Origin: Candidatus Cloacimonadota bacterium | GTDB lineage: Bacteria > Cloacimonadota > Cloacimonadia > Cloacimonadales > TCS61 | Assembly (NCBI GenBank): GCA_018645365.1 | Contig: JABGOP010000002.1 | Location: 3,409-67,408, forward strand | Reading direction: 5' to 3' | Length of the DNA: 64,000 nucleotides | Shown: piece by piece, positions 61,507 to 64,000 of the stretch | Position numbering within the stretch: position 1 is the stretch's first letter | How the letters are laid out: every line of letters begins with the position of its first letter | Notes under the pieces: model-generated | Databases searched by the model: none | The model's input: the letters and a program-made list of their open reading frames with translations, nothing else | What the model was told of the DNA's origin: nothing | Translations under genes and position numbers: made by a program

Positions 61507-64000
61507 ATGCGAAAAATTAGTTTTTTGTTTTTTATGATTATGATAACATTGTTAGTGGCTGCACCGGTTCACACAACATATTTGTGGCATTTACAGCAAC
61601 CGATTTATTGGCCAGATAGAAGTGAGTGGAATTCATTCCAATATCAAACTTGTTGGGAATCGCAATATTTGAAATTTAATAATGGAAATTGGTACAGCGA
61701 TGGTCAGCAACATCCGCTCAATAATTTGGAAGAAATTTTTGGGAATGATGATAGGAAGGCGGTTTACCAATACAGAGCAAAAGATGCCGTTGCTTCCCTT
61801 CTTTCTCACGCGGATGCTGGCGCACAAGTCAATTATTCTGGCTGTCTTATTAAAAATGTGAATAGTTTAGCGGATGCAGGGCAATGGGGATATTATTCTG
61901 GTTGGCAAAATAATTTTCAGGAAGCACGCAATTGGCAAACTTCTGGTGGAAATCCACGCATGGACATAGTTTCTTTTACATTTCACCACGCGTTGGCTCC
62001 ACTGATAGATGAGAATGCCCTTCACAAAGAAATTCAGACACATCGATATATTTATGAACAAACTTTTGGTACAGGATATTCAAAAGGGTTCTGGCCAGCA
62101 GAATGTTCTTTTTCGGAACGAATAATTCAAACTTTAGTTGAGGAAGGTCTCGAATGGACAATAATTGCAAATAGCCACTTGGCACGAACTTGTCAGGATT
62201 ATCCTTTGAATTATGGCACTTCTGGTTGCAATATTGATCCACCAAATGGTGCTGATATTTTGGGTCCTAACGGTGTAAATTGGTGGAATGGTCAAATTGA
62301 TGGGCGTGGAGGAGCATTTTCTGCTCCGTTTAGTTATCAAGCACATAAAGCAAAATATGTTGATCCAGAAAATGGCGAAGAATTCAAAATAACCGCAGTG
62401 CCGATGTGCGATTTATTGAGTTATCAAAACGGATACAGCACGATGGGGACTGGTGAAATTGACGCTCACATTGCACCATTTAATAACCCAAATCATCCGT
62501 CAATTGTGTTGTTAGCACACGATGGTGACAATGCTTGGGGAGGGGGATTTGACTACTATATGAATTCGGTTTCTGGTTTTGCAAATGCCGCTGCAAATCA
62601 AGGTTATATTCCTTCTACAATTCAGCAATTTTTGGACAATAATCCTGTTCCAGAAAATGATGTGGTGCACATTGAAGATGGAAGTTGGGTGAATGCCGCA
62701 AATGATTGGGGACATCCGCAATTCATTAATTGGATTTGGCCGATGTACGATGGAAATCGACAATTTGACCCGAATGGTTGGACGGAAGATGTCCGTAATT
62801 GGGCGGTCATAACTGCTGCTGAAAATCGTGTCGAAACTGCTGAAAATTTGGTTGGAAATGTAGATATTGCTGAAATTGTTTATCCTAACTCAAATTCAAA
62901 TAATGGTGAATTGGCGTGGCATCATTTCCTACCTTCTCTTACGAGTGGATATATGTACTACGGTACCGCGATAGATATGGAAGTAAAGCAAACGGTGGCT
63001 TGCAATAATGCTACGGATTTTGCCGATTTGGAGATAAATGCACACCCGGCTGTAGATAATGTGTCGCCATCAATTTTTATCCCGCAGAGATTTCCATACA
63101 ATCCTGGCGGAAAGGGATTTGGTCCAATTTATGGTTATCAAGAATATAACAATCCAAGCGATTTTTTTGTTTGGACTTTTGCGTATGATGTATCCGAAAT
63201 TCAAATAATTGAAGTGAAATATCGAGTTGATGTAGATGGAGTTAATCCGCTTTCAAATAATGAAAATGAAACATATTTTGGCGGTGCTGGAGTTGGTGGA
63301 TGGCAATCGATTTCGATGACCGAAAGAATTTTCCCAATTGATAATATTACGGGAAATCCCGAGATTGATTTCTTTATTTTGCCAAATTATATGGCAAACG
63401 AATATTACGCAGAAATTACAGGTTTAACTAACTGCTTGGTAGATTATTATATCGAAGCAACCGATAATTTTGGGAATTTAAAAAAGACACCTATCCAGCA
63501 TGTTTATGTTGGCGAAGGTGGTGGTGAAATTCCAGAATATGTGGTTTGGGAGCCAGAAACCCCAGCCGTTGGCGATGTGTTTAATGTTTATTATGGTGAA
63601 AGCGGTGAATTTTTTAATTCCCCTCAATTGATGCTTCATTTAGGTGTAAATGGCTGGCAAAATGTGAATGATTATGAGATGAATTTTGATGCTGAAAATA
63701 ATTGTTGGAATTATTCTTTTACGATTGAAAATAATGTTGAAATTGTCGATTTTTGTTTTACCGATGGTAATGATAATTGGGATAATAATAACGGTCAAGA
63801 TTGGCATATTTCTGTAACGGGTGGCTCATCTTCGCAATTTGTGATGGATGGCGAAATTGATGAATCAGCAGAACAAGTACTTTCAGAGAATGACCTATTT
63901 TTGTACTTAGATTACAATGGTAGTGATCTTTATTTTGCCGTTCCGTCTGCTCAAAGTTTACAGAATGATGTTTTTGTTTTTATCTCTGAAAATCCCACCG
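61507..64000 (+). CDS. Secreted GH57-family alpha-amylase-like enzyme with CBM25-like module; 3' end beyond the window
   Basis: Absent from the track because it is open at the right edge. Hand translation from ATG 61507: MRKISFLFFMIMITLLVAAPVHTTYLWHLQQPIYW... with GH57 regions HLQQP, FTFHHALAPL, FWPAECSFSE, LLAHDGDNAWGG, VNAANDWGH. Later LHLGVNGWQNV...FCFTDGNDNWDNNNGQDWHI (CBM25-like). Confidence 0.8.
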   Translation, partial: MRKISFLFFMIMITLLVAAPVHTTYLWHLQQPIYWPDRSEWNSFQYQTCWESQYLKFNNGNWYSDGQQHPLNNLEEIFGNDDRKAVYQYRAKDAVASLLSHADAGAQVNYSGCLIKNVNSLADAGQWGYYSGWQNNFQEARNWQTSGGNPRMDIVSFTFHHALAPLIDENALHKEIQTHRYIYEQTFGTGYSKGFWPAECSFSERIIQTLVEEGLEWTIIANSHLARTCQDYPLNYGTSGCNIDPPNGADILGPNGVNWWNGQIDGRGGAFSAPFSYQAHKAKYVDPENGEEFKITAVPMCDLLSYQNGYSTMGTGEIDAHIAPFNNPNHPSIVLLAHDGDNAWGGGFDYYMNSVSGFANAAANQGYIPSTIQQFLDNNPVPENDVVHIEDGSWVNAANDWGHPQFINWIWPMYDGNRQFDPNGWTEDVRNWAVITAAENRVETAENLVGNVDIAEIVYPNSNSNNGELAWHHFLPSLTSGYMYYGTAIDMEVKQTVACNNATDFADLEINAHPAVDNVSPSIFIPQRFPYNPGGKGFGPIYGYQEYNNPSDFFVWTFAYDVSEIQIIEVKYRVDVDGVNPLSNNENETYFGGAGVGGWQSISMTERIFPIDNITGNPEIDFFILPNYMANEYYAEITGLTNCLVDYYIEATDNFGNLKKTPIQHVYVGEGGGEIPEYVVWEPETPAVGDVFNVYYGESGEFFNSPQLMLHLGVNGWQNVNDYEMNFDAENNCWNYSFTIENNVEIVDFCFTDGNDNWDNNNGQDWHISVTGGSSSQFVMDGEIDESAEQVLSENDLFLYLDYNGSDLYFAVPSAQSLQNDVFVFISENPT

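Noticed and set aside
1-64000. Scan for CRISPR arrays, tRNA/rRNA/other structured RNAs, transposases, integrases, phage genes and toxin-antitoxin pairs.
   Set aside because: Intergenic space is minimal; the largest gaps are ~140-190 nt. I saw no spaced direct repeats, no cloverleaf-like GC-rich segments and no recombinase-like ORFs. The AT-rich glycan core has no flanking repeats that I could detect by eye.

Overview
Dense, AT-rich bacterial chromosomal segment with the standard genetic code, GGAGG-type Shine-Dalgarno sites and many ATGA/TAATG gene overlaps. I found no rRNA, tRNA, CRISPR array, transposase or integrase by eye.

Contents, left to right:
- The 5' part of dnaE, then yraN (minus strand).
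- An 11-kb operon (2966-14164) joining secreted TPR, coiled-coil and beta-rich proteins (one of 1549 aa) to an ExbB-ExbD-ExbD-TonB_C-like motor.
- priA, an acyl-CoA dehydrogenase, queH and panB.
- An HTH-like orphan, a PorX-type receiver-PglZ regulator and tsaE.
- A ~30-kb, 27-gene, single-strand surface-glycan locus (22323-52640). It holds wzx, a wzy-like gene, five GT-B glycosyltransferases, a GT-C + UPF0104 pair, an MBOAT + DltD/AlgJ-like pair, a WecD/WecE-like amino-sugar cassette, a FemAB-like + DUF354 pair, a beta-helix lipoprotein, two paralogous nucleotidyltransferase/Tmk-like kinase fusions, wecB, a UDP-GlcA epimerase, a priming phosphotransferase, galE and ugd.
- A minus-strand operon (tdk, yggT, PNP, dksA/traR-like, lspA) that reads into a T9SS-type cargo protein and a PorV/PorQ-like barrel.
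- Two tandem secreted GH57-like alpha-glucan enzymes. One ends in a dockerin-like duplicate; the other is cut by the window edge and carries a CBM25-like module.

The T9SS-type C-terminal domain, PorX-like and PorV-like genes suggest an FCB-group organism, possibly Cloacimonadota-like (low confidence).

The best candidate for an undescribed system is the TPR + ExbBD + TonB_C-like operon. It encodes no TonB-dependent receptor, TolB or Pal. It has an Asp-to-Asn ExbD paralog and a glycine-rich rather than proline-rich TonB-type linker.

All calls rest on hand translation and motif recognition. No database search or computation was possible. Start codons were revised by eye where the ORF track looked over-extended.
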